DNA from: Flavobacteriaceae bacterium
Lineage (GTDB): Bacteria > Bacteroidota > Bacteroidia > Flavobacteriales > Flavobacteriaceae
Direction: 5' to 3'
NCBI GenBank assembly: GCA_024638225.1
Contig: JAHEKR010000008.1
Span: 17,474 to 81,473, forward strand
DNA: 64,000 nt
A program made the translations under genes and the position numbers. This document shows, piece by piece, positions 19,215 through 31,628 of the stretch. The notes below the pieces were generated by a model, which did no database searches, was not told the DNA's origin, and saw only the letters and a program-made list of their open reading frames with translations. Every line of letters begins with the position of its first letter. The stretch's first letter is position 1.

Positions 19215-20964
19215 GTTTTTTATTGTTATTGCTTTTGCCTTTGTGGGCCTATGGGTAAACGCCCAGGAACCCGAAGTATCGCATTTTGTGATACACAAAG
19301 TAAAAAAGAAGGAAACTTTAGGAAAAATTGCGAAGCGCTATGATATTCCTGTTGATTTTATCTTCAAATACAACCCTAAGGCAAAGGATGGAATTAAAAA
19401 GCGTGACAAACTGCGTATTCCTCGGTACAAACAAAAAATAGTAATTACTCCCCCAAAGCCTACCTCAAGCACACATATTGTAAAGTCAAAGGAAACCCTA
19501 TGGCGCATTGCCTACACCTATGGAATTAGTATCGATTCTTTACGCAAATTGAACCCTAAATTGGGAGATACGCTTTCCATTGGGACTCAGTTACAGGTAC
19601 CCTTACGTACAGCTGCTGAACGCGCTGCGCTATTCGATTACTACACAGTACTTCCAAAAGAAGGATTTTATCGATTAACCCAAAAGCTTGGATTGTCGAG
19701 GATGGAATTGGAGGCGCTCAATCCAATGCTGGACAGTATAGGATTACAAGCAGGGATGCAGTTGCGAATTCCCAAGGCCAAAATTGACAGCTTGACTGCG
19801 GCAGGGATTATAGAGCTGCCAAAGCCAAGCCTTTGGGACAGCACCTTTGTTACACCTGTGGTTCGTTTGGCACTTATGGCTCCCTTTAGATTGTCCAAAA
19901 TTGAGCTTGATTCGTTAAAGCAAACGGAAAAAACACTGAGTGAACGTAACTTGACAACAGTTGCTCTGGACTTTTATGCGGGTATGCTTCATGCTATTGA
20001 TAGTTTAAACAAGGTTGGTTTGAGTATTGAACTCACTGTAATGGATACAGAAAATCAACTATTTGTTATTGAGAATTTACTTAACAAGTATGACTTCTCG
20101 CAGTTCGATGCCGTAATTGGACCGTTTACACCAACAAGTGTCGAACGTGTGGCACGTGGTATGTCTATTTTTAATATTCCGGTCATTTCTCCTTTAACAA
20201 CAAGAGAAATTCAAACCCAGAAAACACTTTTTAATACGATTCCGAGCAAGAAAACACTTCGTGAACGCATACAGGTTTATATCGATTCACTTGATGCCGT
20301 TACCGAAAATCCATGTGTATTAATTGTTGCAGATGCCAAGAACCAACAGGCAGAAATAGCCCTCCAAAAGCAGTTTCCACTAGCCGAAGTCGTGCGTCCT
20401 GATGAACGTTTTGGTTATGTGAAGCCAGATGATGTAGATTCTTTACTTACGGCAACTCGCTCCAATTTTGTCTTCTTGGAGACAGAGAATTTAAACTTAA
20501 TCACCAGCATGACCTCGATGCTTAATGCACAGCAATCAACAGATCGTCCAGTACAGTTGCTTACCTATTATCGTTCGGCAACTTACGACGATCCCAACGT
20601 GTCTCAAGTTCATCTTGGAAACCTGCACTTCACTTATGCAAGTCATTCTTTGGAGAAGCGCGATACGACTCGAATAATATTTGATGCTAATTACCAAAAG
20701 CGTTTTGGAATGATTCCAAGCAGAACTTCGATCAAAGGCTTTGACGTAACTATCGATGTGGCATTGAGGATTGCCACTAAACGAACGCTTTTTTCTGGTG
20801 TGTCTCAAGGTTTGGGGGAGCAGTTACAACACCGATTTGAGTATGTTAAACTACCCAAAGGTGGATACCAAAATACCGCTACCTACACAATTCAGCATAA
20901 AGGCTTTGAAACCATTGAAGTTGACCCTCCACAGAAACAACTGGATACACTCGATGTCAGGTAG
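19201..20964 (+). CDS. Secreted protein with three LysM repeats and a periplasmic-binding-protein-like C-terminal domain
   Basis: Three LysM repeats ([16 protein letters not shown]..., [16 protein letters not shown]..., [16 protein letters not shown]...). The track start 19105 overlaps guaA by 110 nt. The only in-frame start that keeps the signal peptide ([21 protein letters not shown]) is TTG at 19201, so the start is uncertain. Confidence 0.7.
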   Translation: MSGSRFFIVIAFAFVGLWVNAQEPEVSHFVIHKVKKKETLGKIAKRYDIPVDFIFKYNPKAKDGIKKRDKLRIPRYKQKIVITPPKPTSSTHIVKSKETLWRIAYTYGISIDSLRKLNPKLGDTLSIGTQLQVPLRTAAERAALFDYYTVLPKEGFYRLTQKLGLSRMELEALNPMLDSIGLQAGMQLRIPKAKIDSLTAAGIIELPKPSLWDSTFVTPVVRLALMAPFRLSKIELDSLKQTEKTLSERNLTTVALDFYAGMLHAIDSLNKVGLSIELTVMDTENQLFVIENLLNKYDFSQFDAVIGPFTPTSVERVARGMSIFNIPVISPLTTREIQTQKTLFNTIPSKKTLRERIQVYIDSLDAVTENPCVLIVADAKNQQAEIALQKQFPLAEVVRPDERFGYVKPDDVDSLLTATRSNFVFLETENLNLITSMTSMLNAQQSTDRPVQLLTYYRSATYDDPNVSQVHLGNLHFTYASHSLEKRDTTRIIFDANYQKRFGMIPSRTSIKGFDVTIDVALRIATKRTLFSGVSQGLGEQLQHRFEYVKLPKGGYQNTATYTIQHKGFETIEVDPPQKQLDTLDVR

Positions 20965-20996
20965 TTTATTCTTTGTATTTTTGCCACTTAAATTAG

Positions 20997-22619
<1,623 letters not shown>

Positions 22620-22626
22620 AACGCAT

Positions 22627-24423
22627 ATGGAAGAAAAGCGCATAGACCCATTACAGATAATAGGAATGATTCTCATCTTTGGAATTTTTACGTTGATGAT
22701 GTATAATCAATCTGCAGAAGAACTAGCGCAAGCCGATACGAAAGCAGCCCAGGAGTCAGTACAGCAGCCCGAAACAGCAACACCCGCCGTGTCACCAATT
22801 CCAGAAGTAAGTGAAGTCATCGACCTTTCCGATGAGGCTATTGTTGAAACCATGGTGTTAAGAAATAATGTTCTTGAACTGGGTGTTTCTACCAAAGGCG
22901 GTATACTTGAGCAAGTATTACTCCAAGATATGGTCAATTATCTAGATGAAGACCTTTACCTAATCAACAAAGAAAACAACGCTTTAAATATTGCGTTTAC
23001 GACCAGTACAGGACAATTGCTACAAACTAAGTTTTTGGTTTTTACACCAACGCTTTCTAAAGTTCCTAACGGACAGGAACTTCGCCTTCGTGCTCCCCTA
23101 AATACGGAAGGTTTTATAGAATTAATTTACACCTTACCCAATGAAGGATATCGTTTTGGTTTTGAGGTTATCGCTGAAGGTATTTCCAGCTATTTAGACA
23201 CTTCAATTCCAGCAGCCTTTTCATGGCAGATGGACGGATTTCGTCATGCCAAAAGCGCTCAATATGAAAACAGATACACCCAGTTAGCCTATCGCCACCA
23301 AACTGATAAATACAGCACGCTGTCGGCTTCTGGCGAGGACGATGAAACTGAACAAGATGTTGCATGGGTATCCTACCGACAGCACTTCTTCAGTAGTATA
23401 TTGATCCCAGAAACTCCTTTTAAAGAAGCAGCCCTAGCATCTACGTCCAGTACAGATGAGGAGGTCGAAGCCTCACTTTATTTAAAATCTTTTGCTGCAG
23501 AAACAAACCTGCCCTACAACCGAAACGGGTTTGCCGCCAGTTTCGATTGGTATATGGGCCCTACGGACTATGAAATACTCAGAAAATACGATGAAAATCT
23601 CTTCGAAAGTATTTCGTTTGGTTGGGGGCTTATTGGTTGGATAAATAAATCTGTTTTTTATCCCTTATTTGGCTTCCTAACTTCTTTAGTTCCCCACGGT
23701 ATCGCCATTATACTGCTGACCATTATTGTTCGTTTGGTTTTGTCACCTGTGCTGTACAAATCCTATGTATCTCAAGCCAAAATGCGCGTGCTTCGTCCTG
23801 AAATTACAGCTTTGAGTGAAAAGTATAAAAACGAGCCTACCAAAAGACAGCAAGAAACCATGAAGCTATACGGCAAAGCCGGGGTTAGCCCTGTTGCAGG
23901 ATGTATCCCTGCCTTATTGCAAATGCCCGTTTTCTTTGCGCTGTTTTATTTTTTCCCAATTGCGTATGAGTTGCGCGGGCAGTCCTTTTTGTGGGCAGGA
24001 GATTTGTCCTCTTATGACGTAATTGCCGAGCTTCCATTTAGTATCCCATTTTACGGGGACCATATTTCTCTTTTTCCCCTACTTGCCTCTGTCGCTATAT
24101 TTTTCTATACGCAACAAACAACTGGACAACAGATGCAGCCTGCTCAACCCGGTATGCCCAATATGAAAATTATCATGTATTTGATGCCTGTGATGATGTT
24201 GTTTTTCTTTAACAATTACGCGAGTGGCTTTAGTTTGTATTACTTTGTTTCCAATGTCTTGATGATTGGTATTATGCTGGTGATCAAAAATGCCATCATT
24301 GATCAGGATAAAATTCATGCGCAAATAGAGGAAAACAAAAAGAAGCCTAAAAAGCAAAATCGCTTTCAGCGTAAAATGACTGAAATGATGGAAGAGGCGG
24401 AACGTCAAAAAAAGCTTAAGTAA
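22627..24423 (+). CDS. yidC: Membrane protein insertase YidC
   Basis: Large periplasmic domain plus a conserved 60-kDa insertase C-terminal core, with a basic tail. The ATG at 22627 (MEEKRIDPLQ) follows the pyrG stop; the track start 22600 overlaps pyrG. Confidence 0.9.
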   Translation: MEEKRIDPLQIIGMILIFGIFTLMMYNQSAEELAQADTKAAQESVQQPETATPAVSPIPEVSEVIDLSDEAIVETMVLRNNVLELGVSTKGGILEQVLLQDMVNYLDEDLYLINKENNALNIAFTTSTGQLLQTKFLVFTPTLSKVPNGQELRLRAPLNTEGFIELIYTLPNEGYRFGFEVIAEGISSYLDTSIPAAFSWQMDGFRHAKSAQYENRYTQLAYRHQTDKYSTLSASGEDDETEQDVAWVSYRQHFFSSILIPETPFKEAALASTSSTDEEVEASLYLKSFAAETNLPYNRNGFAASFDWYMGPTDYEILRKYDENLFESISFGWGLIGWINKSVFYPLFGFLTSLVPHGIAIILLTIIVRLVLSPVLYKSYVSQAKMRVLRPEITALSEKYKNEPTKRQQETMKLYGKAGVSPVAGCIPALLQMPVFFALFYFFPIAYELRGQSFLWAGDLSSYDVIAELPFSIPFYGDHISLFPLLASVAIFFYTQQTTGQQMQPAQPGMPNMKIIMYLMPVMMLFFFNNYASGFSLYYFVSNVLMIGIMLVIKNAIIDQDKIHAQIEENKKKPKKQNRFQRKMTEMMEEAERQKKLK

Positions 24424-24478
24424 GTCAACAGTTTAAGCCCCGTCTAGCTAACTCACATATCCTGCGTACCTTTGCGTT

Positions 24479-25648
24479 ATGTCCAAAAAACGTGTCATTG
24501 TCGGCCTTTCTGGTGGTGTAGACTCCAGTGTTGCAGCTTATTTACTGCAGCAGCAAGGCTATGAGGTCATTGGTTTGTTTATGAAAAACTGGCACGATGA
24601 CTCCGTCACTATTTCGGATGATTGCCCCTGGCTTGAGGATAGTAACGACGCAGTTTTAGTTGCTGAAAAGCTCGGTATTCCCTTTCAGACCGTTGACTTA
24701 AGCGAACAGTATAAGGAACGTATTGTGGATTATATGTTTGCGGAGTACCAACGAGGTCGAACGCCTAACCCGGATGTGCTCTGTAATCGGGAAATTAAAT
24801 TTGATGTATTCCTTGAAATAGCCCTTTCTCTAGGTGCAGATTATGTCGCTACAGGACATTATTGCCAAAAAGAAACCACTCAGCTAAATAAAAAAACAGT
24901 TTATCGGCTTCTTGCCGGCGCAGATGCCAATAAAGACCAATCGTATTTTTTATGTCAATTAAATCAAGCGCAACTTGCTAGAACTTTGTTTCCCATTGGT
25001 GGGCTACAAAAAAGCGAAGTACGCAAAATAGCGGCTGCGCAAGGATTGGTCACGGCCGAAAAACGCGATTCACAAGGCTTGTGCTTTATAGGTAAGGTAA
25101 GTCTTCCGGATTTTTTGCAGCAAAAGCTAGCAACAAAAAAAGGGGATATTGTTCAAGTAGCCAATAGCCATCCAATGTATGCTGCAAAAGCAGAAAACAC
25201 ACCAACAGACTTGGCAAAAGAATTCACCTATATCCCTGAAGATGGGACTGTAGTGGGTACCCACAATGGTGCACATTTTTTTACCATTGGGCAACGCAAA
25301 GGCCTTGCTGTGGGCGGCACTAAAGAACCTTTATTTGTGTTAGCCACAGATGTTGAGAAAAATATTATTTATGTTGGCGAAGGCAAAGACCACCCTGGTT
25401 TGTATCGCCGTGCTTTGTGGATAGAACAAGCAGATGTACACTGGATTCGCCCCGATTTGGCTTTAGACCTTCCTATGGATGTGATGGCGCGCATACGCTA
25501 TCGACAGCCCTTGGCAAAGGCTCGCTTACACCAAGAAGAAAACGGAATGTATTTGGTTTTCGAGGAAGCACAATCTGCTATTGCTTCCGGTCAATTTGCC
25601 GCTTGGTATATAGCTAATGAATGTATCGGTTCTGGGGTGATTGGGTAA
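24479..25648 (+). CDS. mnmA: tRNA 2-thiouridine(34) synthase MnmA
   Basis: PP-loop [12 protein letters not shown], catalytic Cys contexts and 389 aa. Confidence 0.92.
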   Translation: MSKKRVIVGLSGGVDSSVAAYLLQQQGYEVIGLFMKNWHDDSVTISDDCPWLEDSNDAVLVAEKLGIPFQTVDLSEQYKERIVDYMFAEYQRGRTPNPDVLCNREIKFDVFLEIALSLGADYVATGHYCQKETTQLNKKTVYRLLAGADANKDQSYFLCQLNQAQLARTLFPIGGLQKSEVRKIAAAQGLVTAEKRDSQGLCFIGKVSLPDFLQQKLATKKGDIVQVANSHPMYAAKAENTPTDLAKEFTYIPEDGTVVGTHNGAHFFTIGQRKGLAVGGTKEPLFVLATDVEKNIIYVGEGKDHPGLYRRALWIEQADVHWIRPDLALDLPMDVMARIRYRQPLAKARLHQEENGMYLVFEEAQSAIASGQFAAWYIANECIGSGVIG

Positions 25649-25650
25649 GC

Positions 25651-26871
25651 CTACACCTCCACAGCATCAAAGGACATAACCACTTGGTTTTTGACCAAGT
25701 CATCAAAGCTTTCCGCTTGGCGTATTAGATGTGCTTCGCCATTGTGCCACAGTACTTCTGCTGGACGGTAGCGCGAATTGTAGTTGCTCGCCATGGTAAA
25801 ACAGTAAGCTCCTGCATTGTGAAAACACAATAGGTCACCTTCACTTATTTCGGCAATTTTGCGGTTGTTGGCAAAGGTATCTGTTTCACAAATATAACCC
25901 ACAACAGAGTAAAAGCGCTCACGTCCATCTGGATTTGAAATATTTTCAATTCGGTGCTGTGCCCCGTAAAGCATAGGACGAATGAGGTGGTTGAACCCAC
26001 TATTTACCTGTGCAAAGACCGTTGAGGTAGTTTGTTTTACTGAGTTGACAGTTGTAAGGAAATGCCCTGCTTGGGAAACCAAAAACTTGCCCGGCTCAAA
26101 TGCCAATACAAGTTCTTTGCCGTAGTCTGCACAGAAATCATTAAAACGGGCACTTAACTTTTCACCAAGCTCTTCAATGTTGGTTTCATTGTCTCCCGGC
26201 TTGTAGGGAACCTTAAACCCACTACCAAAATCCAAGAATTCTAAATCGGTAAAATTGCGCGCAGTGTCAAACAAGATCTCAGCGGCGTGCAGGAATACAT
26301 CAATGTCCAAGATATCACTTCCTGTGTGCATGTGCACCCCATTGATGTTCATGCCCGTGTTTTTAACGATGCGCAGTACATGCGGCATCTGATGAATGCT
26401 GATGCCAAACTTAGAGTCAATGTGACCTACCGAAATATTGGCATTGCCACCCGCCATAATATGTGGGTTGATGCGGATACAGACGGGAACGGAAGGATGT
26501 GCGGTACCAAATTGCTCCAAGACAGAAAGATTGTCGATGTTGATTTGCACACCAAGCGCAGCTACCTCCTCAATTTCTGAAAGCGAAACTCCGTTGGGTG
26601 TAAAAATGATGTCGTGTGGAGCTACTCCAGCTTTAAGACCGAGTTGTACCTCTTGAATAGAAACTGTATCTAGACCCGCACCCAAATGATGCATCCATTT
26701 TAAGACACTCAGGTTAGATAAGGCTTTTACGGCATAGTTAATCCTAAGCTTGGAAACTGCGCCAAAGGCATTGGTTAGTCGTGTGTATTGCGCTTCCATA
26801 GCATGGGCGTCGTAAACATATATTGGACTTCCAAATGATTCACTTATCTGAACTAAATATCTGTACTGCAT
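25651..26871 (-). CDS. lysA: Diaminopimelate decarboxylase
   Basis: Fold-III PLP decarboxylase (YAVKALSN with the PLP lysine, GSGFKVPY, EPGKFLV, CETDTF). The ATG at 26871 (MQYRYLVQISESFGSPIYVYD) is preferred over the track start 26973, whose extra 34 aa are low complexity. Confidence 0.85.
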   Translation of the reverse strand: MQYRYLVQISESFGSPIYVYDAHAMEAQYTRLTNAFGAVSKLRINYAVKALSNLSVLKWMHHLGAGLDTVSIQEVQLGLKAGVAPHDIIFTPNGVSLSEIEEVAALGVQINIDNLSVLEQFGTAHPSVPVCIRINPHIMAGGNANISVGHIDSKFGISIHQMPHVLRIVKNTGMNINGVHMHTGSDILDIDVFLHAAEILFDTARNFTDLEFLDFGSGFKVPYKPGDNETNIEELGEKLSARFNDFCADYGKELVLAFEPGKFLVSQAGHFLTTVNSVKQTTSTVFAQVNSGFNHLIRPMLYGAQHRIENISNPDGRERFYSVVGYICETDTFANNRKIAEISEGDLLCFHNAGAYCFTMASNYNSRYRPAEVLWHNGEAHLIRQAESFDDLVKNQVVMSFDAVEV

Positions 26872-27038
26872 CGTATAAGTTTTGCGCAAATGTACACTAT
26901 TGCCCCATGTTTGAATATGAAAAAAACAATTTATATTAAAAATAAAACAAGATGTTATAAATATAACAAACAAGTTTTAGTGCATGAGTCGTTCAAGCCC
27001 AATTGATTGCCTATTTTTGTGACGTATAATTTTTACCC

Positions 27039-28229
27039 ATGAACGTACACGAATATCAAGGAAAAGAGATTTTAGCTAAGTTTGGCGTTGGTATCCAACG
27101 TGGAATGGTGGCAACCACAGCTGCCGAAGCGGTTACGGCTGCGAAACAACTTACAGAAGAAACAGGAACCGGCTGTCATGTGATTAAAGCGCAAGTGCAT
27201 GCTGGTGGCCGTGGAAAAGGCGGGGGTGTAAAGCTTGCCAAATCTTTAGATGAAGTCCGTCAAATAGCGGATGATATTATTGGGATGCAGCTCATTACAC
27301 CACAAACCACAGCCGAAGGGAAAAAAGTGCATCAGGTGCTCGTCGCTGAAGATGTGTATTATCCTGGTGATTCGGAGCCCGAAGAAATTTATATCTCGGT
27401 ATTACTCAACCGAACTACAGGTCAGAACATGATTATGTATTCCACAGAGGGCGGTATGGATATAGAAACAGTGGCCGAAGAAACCCCCGAGCTTATTTTT
27501 ACCGAGCAAATTGACCCAACGGTTGGCTTGTTGCCATTTCAGGCACGTAAAGTAGCTTTTAATCTGGGTCTTTCAGGACAAGCCTTCAAGGGTATGGTCA
27601 AATTTGTATCAGCTTTATACAAAGCATATGTGGGTGCGGATGCCGCTTTGTTTGAAATCAATCCAGTATTAAAAACTTCGGATGATAAGATTATTGCTGT
27701 TGACGCTAAGGTTACTTTAGACGACAATGCCTTGTTCCGTCATCCTGACTTTGCTGCTATGCGCGATATACGCGAGGAAAACCCAACCGATGTTGCTGCT
27801 CGTGAAGTTGGCTTAAACTATGTTGCTTTGGATGGTAATGTAGGCTGTATGGTAAATGGCGCAGGTCTAGCCATGGCAACTATGGATTTAATTAAGCAAG
27901 CAGGCGGCGATCCAGCCAACTTCCTAGATGTTGGTGGAACAGCTGATGCTGCTCGTGTTGAAGCTGCCTTTCGCATCATTTTACAAGATCCAAAAGTGAA
28001 AGCTATTTTAGTCAATATATTTGGTGGAATTGTTCGTTGTGATCGTGTCGCTCAGGGAATTGTAGACGCGTATAAAAATATGGGCGACGCCATTCAGGTG
28101 CCTATTATTGTTCGCTTACAAGGCACCAATGCCGACATCGCAAAACAACTCATTGACGACTCAGGTTTGGAAGTGCAAAGTGCCATTTTATTCCAAGAGG
28201 CTGCAGATAAAGTGCAAGCCGTACTCTGA
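27039..28229 (+). CDS. sucC: Succinate-CoA ligase (ADP-forming) beta subunit
   Basis: [17 protein letters not shown]..., ATP-grasp plus ligase-CoA domains, 396 aa. sucD is not adjacent. Confidence 0.93.
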   Translation: MNVHEYQGKEILAKFGVGIQRGMVATTAAEAVTAAKQLTEETGTGCHVIKAQVHAGGRGKGGGVKLAKSLDEVRQIADDIIGMQLITPQTTAEGKKVHQVLVAEDVYYPGDSEPEEIYISVLLNRTTGQNMIMYSTEGGMDIETVAEETPELIFTEQIDPTVGLLPFQARKVAFNLGLSGQAFKGMVKFVSALYKAYVGADAALFEINPVLKTSDDKIIAVDAKVTLDDNALFRHPDFAAMRDIREENPTDVAAREVGLNYVALDGNVGCMVNGAGLAMATMDLIKQAGGDPANFLDVGGTADAARVEAAFRIILQDPKVKAILVNIFGGIVRCDRVAQGIVDAYKNMGDAIQVPIIVRLQGTNADIAKQLIDDSGLEVQSAILFQEAADKVQAVL

Positions 28230-28230
28230 T

Positions 28231-28252
28231 AATTGTCATTATGACAGTTTTT
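28231..28252 (+). terminator. Candidate terminator after sucC
   Basis: Stem aattgtc / gacagtt (7 bp including one G-U), loop attat, followed by a T run (28248-28252). Confidence 0.4.
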
Positions 28253-28290
28253 ATTGCCTAATAAGAGACATATTGACATGAAAAGGGAAA

Positions 28291-28305
28291 TGGCATGTAA
28301 ATTGC
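28291..28305 (+). promoter_or_regulatory. Candidate sigma54 (-24/-12) promoter upstream of the hsp20 gene
   Basis: TGGCAT-gtaaa-TTGC at 28291-28305 has the exact spacing of the TGGCAC-N5-TTGC consensus. The -12 GC lies 37 nt upstream of the ATG at 28342. Confidence 0.4.
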
Positions 28306-28341
28306 CATTTGTTGGGTGTATAACTTTTAAAACCTAACATC

Positions 28342-28770
28342 ATGAATTTAATACGACGAACATCAAACCCTTTATTTCCATCTTTATTAGATGAATTTTT
28401 TGGTAGCGACACACCCTTTTCAGCTTTGTCAAACCGTTCCCATGTTCCTTCTGTGAACATTTCCGAGACAGACACAGCTTTTGAATTGGCGTTAGCTGCT
28501 CCAGGAAAAACTCGAAAGGATTTTAACGTGGAGTTAGACGATCACGTACTAACAGTTTCTAGCGAGTCTAAGCACGAAGATGAATCTAAAACGGAGCAAT
28601 ACACTAGACGTGAGTTTCGTTACGATAACTTCCAACGAAGCTTTAGACTTCCAGAAACCATCGATACTGCTGGGATTAAAGCAAAGTACGACAACGGTAT
28701 TTTGACGATTAATTTGCCCAAGCATGAGGAGGCCATTCCAGAGCCCAAAAAGCAAATTGAAATAAAATAA
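28342..28770 (+). CDS. Hsp20/alpha-crystallin family small heat-shock protein
   Basis: 142 aa. Alpha-crystallin domain (PSVNISETDTAFELALAAPG...YDNGILTINLPK). Confidence 0.9.
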   Translation: MNLIRRTSNPLFPSLLDEFFGSDTPFSALSNRSHVPSVNISETDTAFELALAAPGKTRKDFNVELDDHVLTVSSESKHEDESKTEQYTRREFRYDNFQRSFRLPETIDTAGIKAKYDNGILTINLPKHEEAIPEPKKQIEIK

Positions 28771-28782
28771 GTTGGCCTACAG

Positions 28783-30771
28783 CTACGCCAATGTTTTAAG
28801 CTGGTTTTGGATGCGTTCTATCTCATCCCTAAAATGAGCCGCCTGGATAAAGTCCATTTCCATGGCGGCTTTTTCCATATTTTTTCTCGTTTGTCGGACC
28901 CGTGCTTGGAGTTGCTCTTTTGTTAAATATTCAATGGGTTCAGCAGCTTCTTTTTTAACATACGCATCGGCTACAGAGTTTCGATCAAATGTTTCATCAA
29001 TGGCTTTGTTAAGTGCTTGTGGTGTAATATTGTTTCGGTCGTTATAGGCCATCTGCTTTTCTCGTCTGTATTGGGTTTCATCAATAGTTTTTTTCATGCT
29101 TTTGGTTACATTGTCTGCATACATAATGGCCATCCCATTAATATTTCTTGCAGCTCTTCCTACCGTTTGGGTTAGTGAGCGCGCCGAACGCAAAAAGCCT
29201 TCTTTATCTGCGTCCAAAATGGCGACGAGTGAAACTTCAGGTAAGTCTAAGCCCTCACGCAATAGGTTAACCCCAATCAACACATCGAAAAGACCTTTTC
29301 GTAAATCTTGCATGATTTCAACGCGCTCTAAAGTGTCAATATCGCTGTGAATGTAGCGACAGCGAATCGAAATACGTGATAGATATTTCGTCAATTCCTC
29401 TGCCATGCGTTTGGTCAAAGTTGTCACCAACACCCGTTCGTTTTTTTCGGCTCGTACTTGAATCTCCTCTACCAAATCATCTATTTGATTTAGGCTAGGT
29501 CGCACCTCAATAATAGGGTCTAAAACGCCTGTCGGACGAATGATTTGTTCTACAAATACACCCTCCGTTTGTTCTAATTCATAATCGGAAGGTGTTGCAC
29601 TTACATAAATGACTTGTTGTTGCAGCTGTTCAAATTCTTCATATTTGAGCGGTCTATTGTCCATCGCAGCTGGAAGTCTAAACCCGTATTCTACTAGATT
29701 TTCCTTACGACTTCGGTCCCCACCGTACATCGCATGCACTTGCGAAAGCGTCACGTGACTCTCATCAACAACCATTAAAAAATCTTCGGGAAAATAATCC
29801 AATAAGCAAAATGGACGTGTTCCGGGTGCTCTTCCATCTATATAGCGCGAATAATTTTCAATTCCAGAACAATAACCCAGTTCGCGAATCATTTCTAAAT
29901 CAAAATTGGTGCGCTCCTCCAGTCGTTTTGCTTCTAAGTGCTTACCTATTTCTTTAAAATAATCTAGCTGAGCAGTTAAATCATCTTGAATTTGATGAAT
30001 GGCGTTTTGTAGCACCTCAGGAGATGTGGCAAACATATTGGCCGGATAAATTGTCAACTGCTCAAAGTTTTCTTTGATGGTCCCTGTTAACGGATCAAAC
30101 ACTTCGATGGCCTCGATTTCATCCCCAAAAAAATGAATCTTAAACGCATGATCAGCATAACTTGGAAAGACATCCACCACATCGCCGTTGACACGAAAGT
30201 TTCCATGTAAGAAATCAGCTGTTGTACGAGCGTATAAACTTTGAACCAACTTATGCAAAAATTTGGTTCGCGGAATGATTTGATCAACAGCAATGTTGAT
30301 GACATTTTTTTTGAATTCAACGGGATTGCCAATACCGTACAAACAAGAAACAGACGCTACTACAATAACGTCTCTACGTCCGGAAAGCAGCGCCGAGGTT
30401 GTGCTTAATCTAAGTTTTTCAATTTCGTCATTAATCGATAAGTCTTTTTCGATATAAGTTCCTGTCGTGGGAATATATGCTTCGGGCTGATAATAATCGT
30501 AATAAGAGACAAAATACTCTACAGCGTTATTGGGAAAAAACTGCTTAAACTCAGCGTAGAGTTGCGCTGCAAGAGTTTTGTTGTGTGCCAAAACTAAGGT
30601 GGGACGTCTGCTCTGTGCGATAACATTGGCTACGGTAAAGGTTTTACCCGAGCCCGTCACTCCCTGAAGCGTTTGAAACTTATCCTGCTCTGCCAGTCCA
30701 GCGGTTAATTCACGTATGGCTTGTGGCTGATCACCAGTTGGTTTAAAATCCGATATAAGTTGAAACTCCAT
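28783..30771 (-). CDS. uvrB: Excinuclease ABC subunit B
   Basis: 662 aa. Walker A GVTGSGKT, helicase motifs and a C-terminal UVR domain (AAMEMDFIQAAHFRDEI). Confidence 0.96.
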   Translation of the reverse strand: MEFQLISDFKPTGDQPQAIRELTAGLAEQDKFQTLQGVTGSGKTFTVANVIAQSRRPTLVLAHNKTLAAQLYAEFKQFFPNNAVEYFVSYYDYYQPEAYIPTTGTYIEKDLSINDEIEKLRLSTTSALLSGRRDVIVVASVSCLYGIGNPVEFKKNVINIAVDQIIPRTKFLHKLVQSLYARTTADFLHGNFRVNGDVVDVFPSYADHAFKIHFFGDEIEAIEVFDPLTGTIKENFEQLTIYPANMFATSPEVLQNAIHQIQDDLTAQLDYFKEIGKHLEAKRLEERTNFDLEMIRELGYCSGIENYSRYIDGRAPGTRPFCLLDYFPEDFLMVVDESHVTLSQVHAMYGGDRSRKENLVEYGFRLPAAMDNRPLKYEEFEQLQQQVIYVSATPSDYELEQTEGVFVEQIIRPTGVLDPIIEVRPSLNQIDDLVEEIQVRAEKNERVLVTTLTKRMAEELTKYLSRISIRCRYIHSDIDTLERVEIMQDLRKGLFDVLIGVNLLREGLDLPEVSLVAILDADKEGFLRSARSLTQTVGRAARNINGMAIMYADNVTKSMKKTIDETQYRREKQMAYNDRNNITPQALNKAIDETFDRNSVADAYVKKEAAEPIEYLTKEQLQARVRQTRKNMEKAAMEMDFIQAAHFRDEIERIQNQLKTLA

Positions 30772-30794
30772 AGCATGCCAAAAATAGCAAAAAC

Positions 30795-31628
30795 TTAGAG
30801 GTCACGGCGTTTTAAGAGGCGGTATGTTAGCAAGTAAAAAATTGAACACCAAACGAGTACAATAAGGATATCCAAAAACTGAACTTGGGTATTGTTGTTC
30901 ATTTGCTCTCCGACTTGTTCCGCCAAATTACGTACCGCAGACAAACGAGAAAAGGGTTCTGCCAGTAGATTGCTCATCGCATTGAGGGGAAACAAACGAT
31001 AAATAGCCTCGGCTTCAAGCCACTGAGGAGATTTCCAACTGAGTAGACCATAGCAAATACCTTCAAACATTTGCCAAATACCTAAGAAGCCAAGGGCAAA
31101 AGCAGAGCGTTTAATTGCCGTGCCTAAGAATAGACAAAAGGCAAAGAACGCAACTAGTTTAATGAAGTATGCCAGAAGATACTCCAAGTCTTGTACAATA
31201 ATCGAGATTTCGTTGTAGTTCGAGTAAATAAGTCCCAAAATCAAGGAAACAACAAAAATAAAGAGGGTCGAAATACCAGCGAAGAAGATGACCATTATCC
31301 ATTTGGAATGAAGAAACTCTCGTTTACTTAGTCCATCTATTAGGTTTTGCTTGATTGTTTTGTTGCTGTATTCATTTGCGGTCATGGAAACGATGACAAC
31401 GGCTAAAAATATCTTAAAGAATGCCCCGATAAAAGCATTAAAATGCCAGATATATGGAAAATTAAAAATTCCTTGCTCTGCTAGGTGAAATTTAATAGGA
31501 CCAATATCAAATTTTATCGCAGCAATTAACGCTATAGAGGTAAGCAATAAAAAGTAAGCACCAATCAATATTCGGCTGGAGCGATTGGCGCGTAGTTTTT
31601 CGTATTCGATTAAAAACAGTCGCTTCAT
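30795..31628 (-). CDS. ABC-2 type transporter permease
   Basis: 277 aa with six predicted TM segments. Its start overlaps the stop of the upstream ABC ATPase gene by 4 nt. Confidence 0.65.
   Translation of the reverse strand: MKRLFLIEYEKLRANRSSRILIGAYFLLLTSIALIAAIKFDIGPIKFHLAEQGIFNFPYIWHFNAFIGAFFKIFLAVVIVSMTANEYSNKTIKQNLIDGLSKREFLHSKWIMVIFFAGISTLFIFVVSLILGLIYSNYNEISIIVQDLEYLLAYFIKLVAFFAFCLFLGTAIKRSAFALGFLGIWQMFEGICYGLLSWKSPQWLEAEAIYRLFPLNAMSNLLAEPFSRLSAVRNLAEQVGEQMNNNTQVQFLDILIVLVWCSIFYLLTYRLLKRRDL

Noticed and set aside
26872-27038. Possible lysine riboswitch or other leader RNA upstream of lysA in the 167-nt lysA/sucC divergent region
   Set aside because: A -7 box lies only 15 nt from the lysA ATG, so there is no room for a riboswitch. 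I saw no conserved L-box-like helices, only a short GTTATA-AA-TATAAC inverted repeat.
28771-28782. Switch from mostly + strand genes (5.6-28.8 kb) to mostly - strand genes (28.8-53.7 kb) as a replication terminus or dif region
   Set aside because: The convergent gap is only 12 nt and I saw no dif-like palindrome. Several genes break the pattern (lysA, 32583, ruvX-def-mazG). A 64-kb window cannot establish GC skew.
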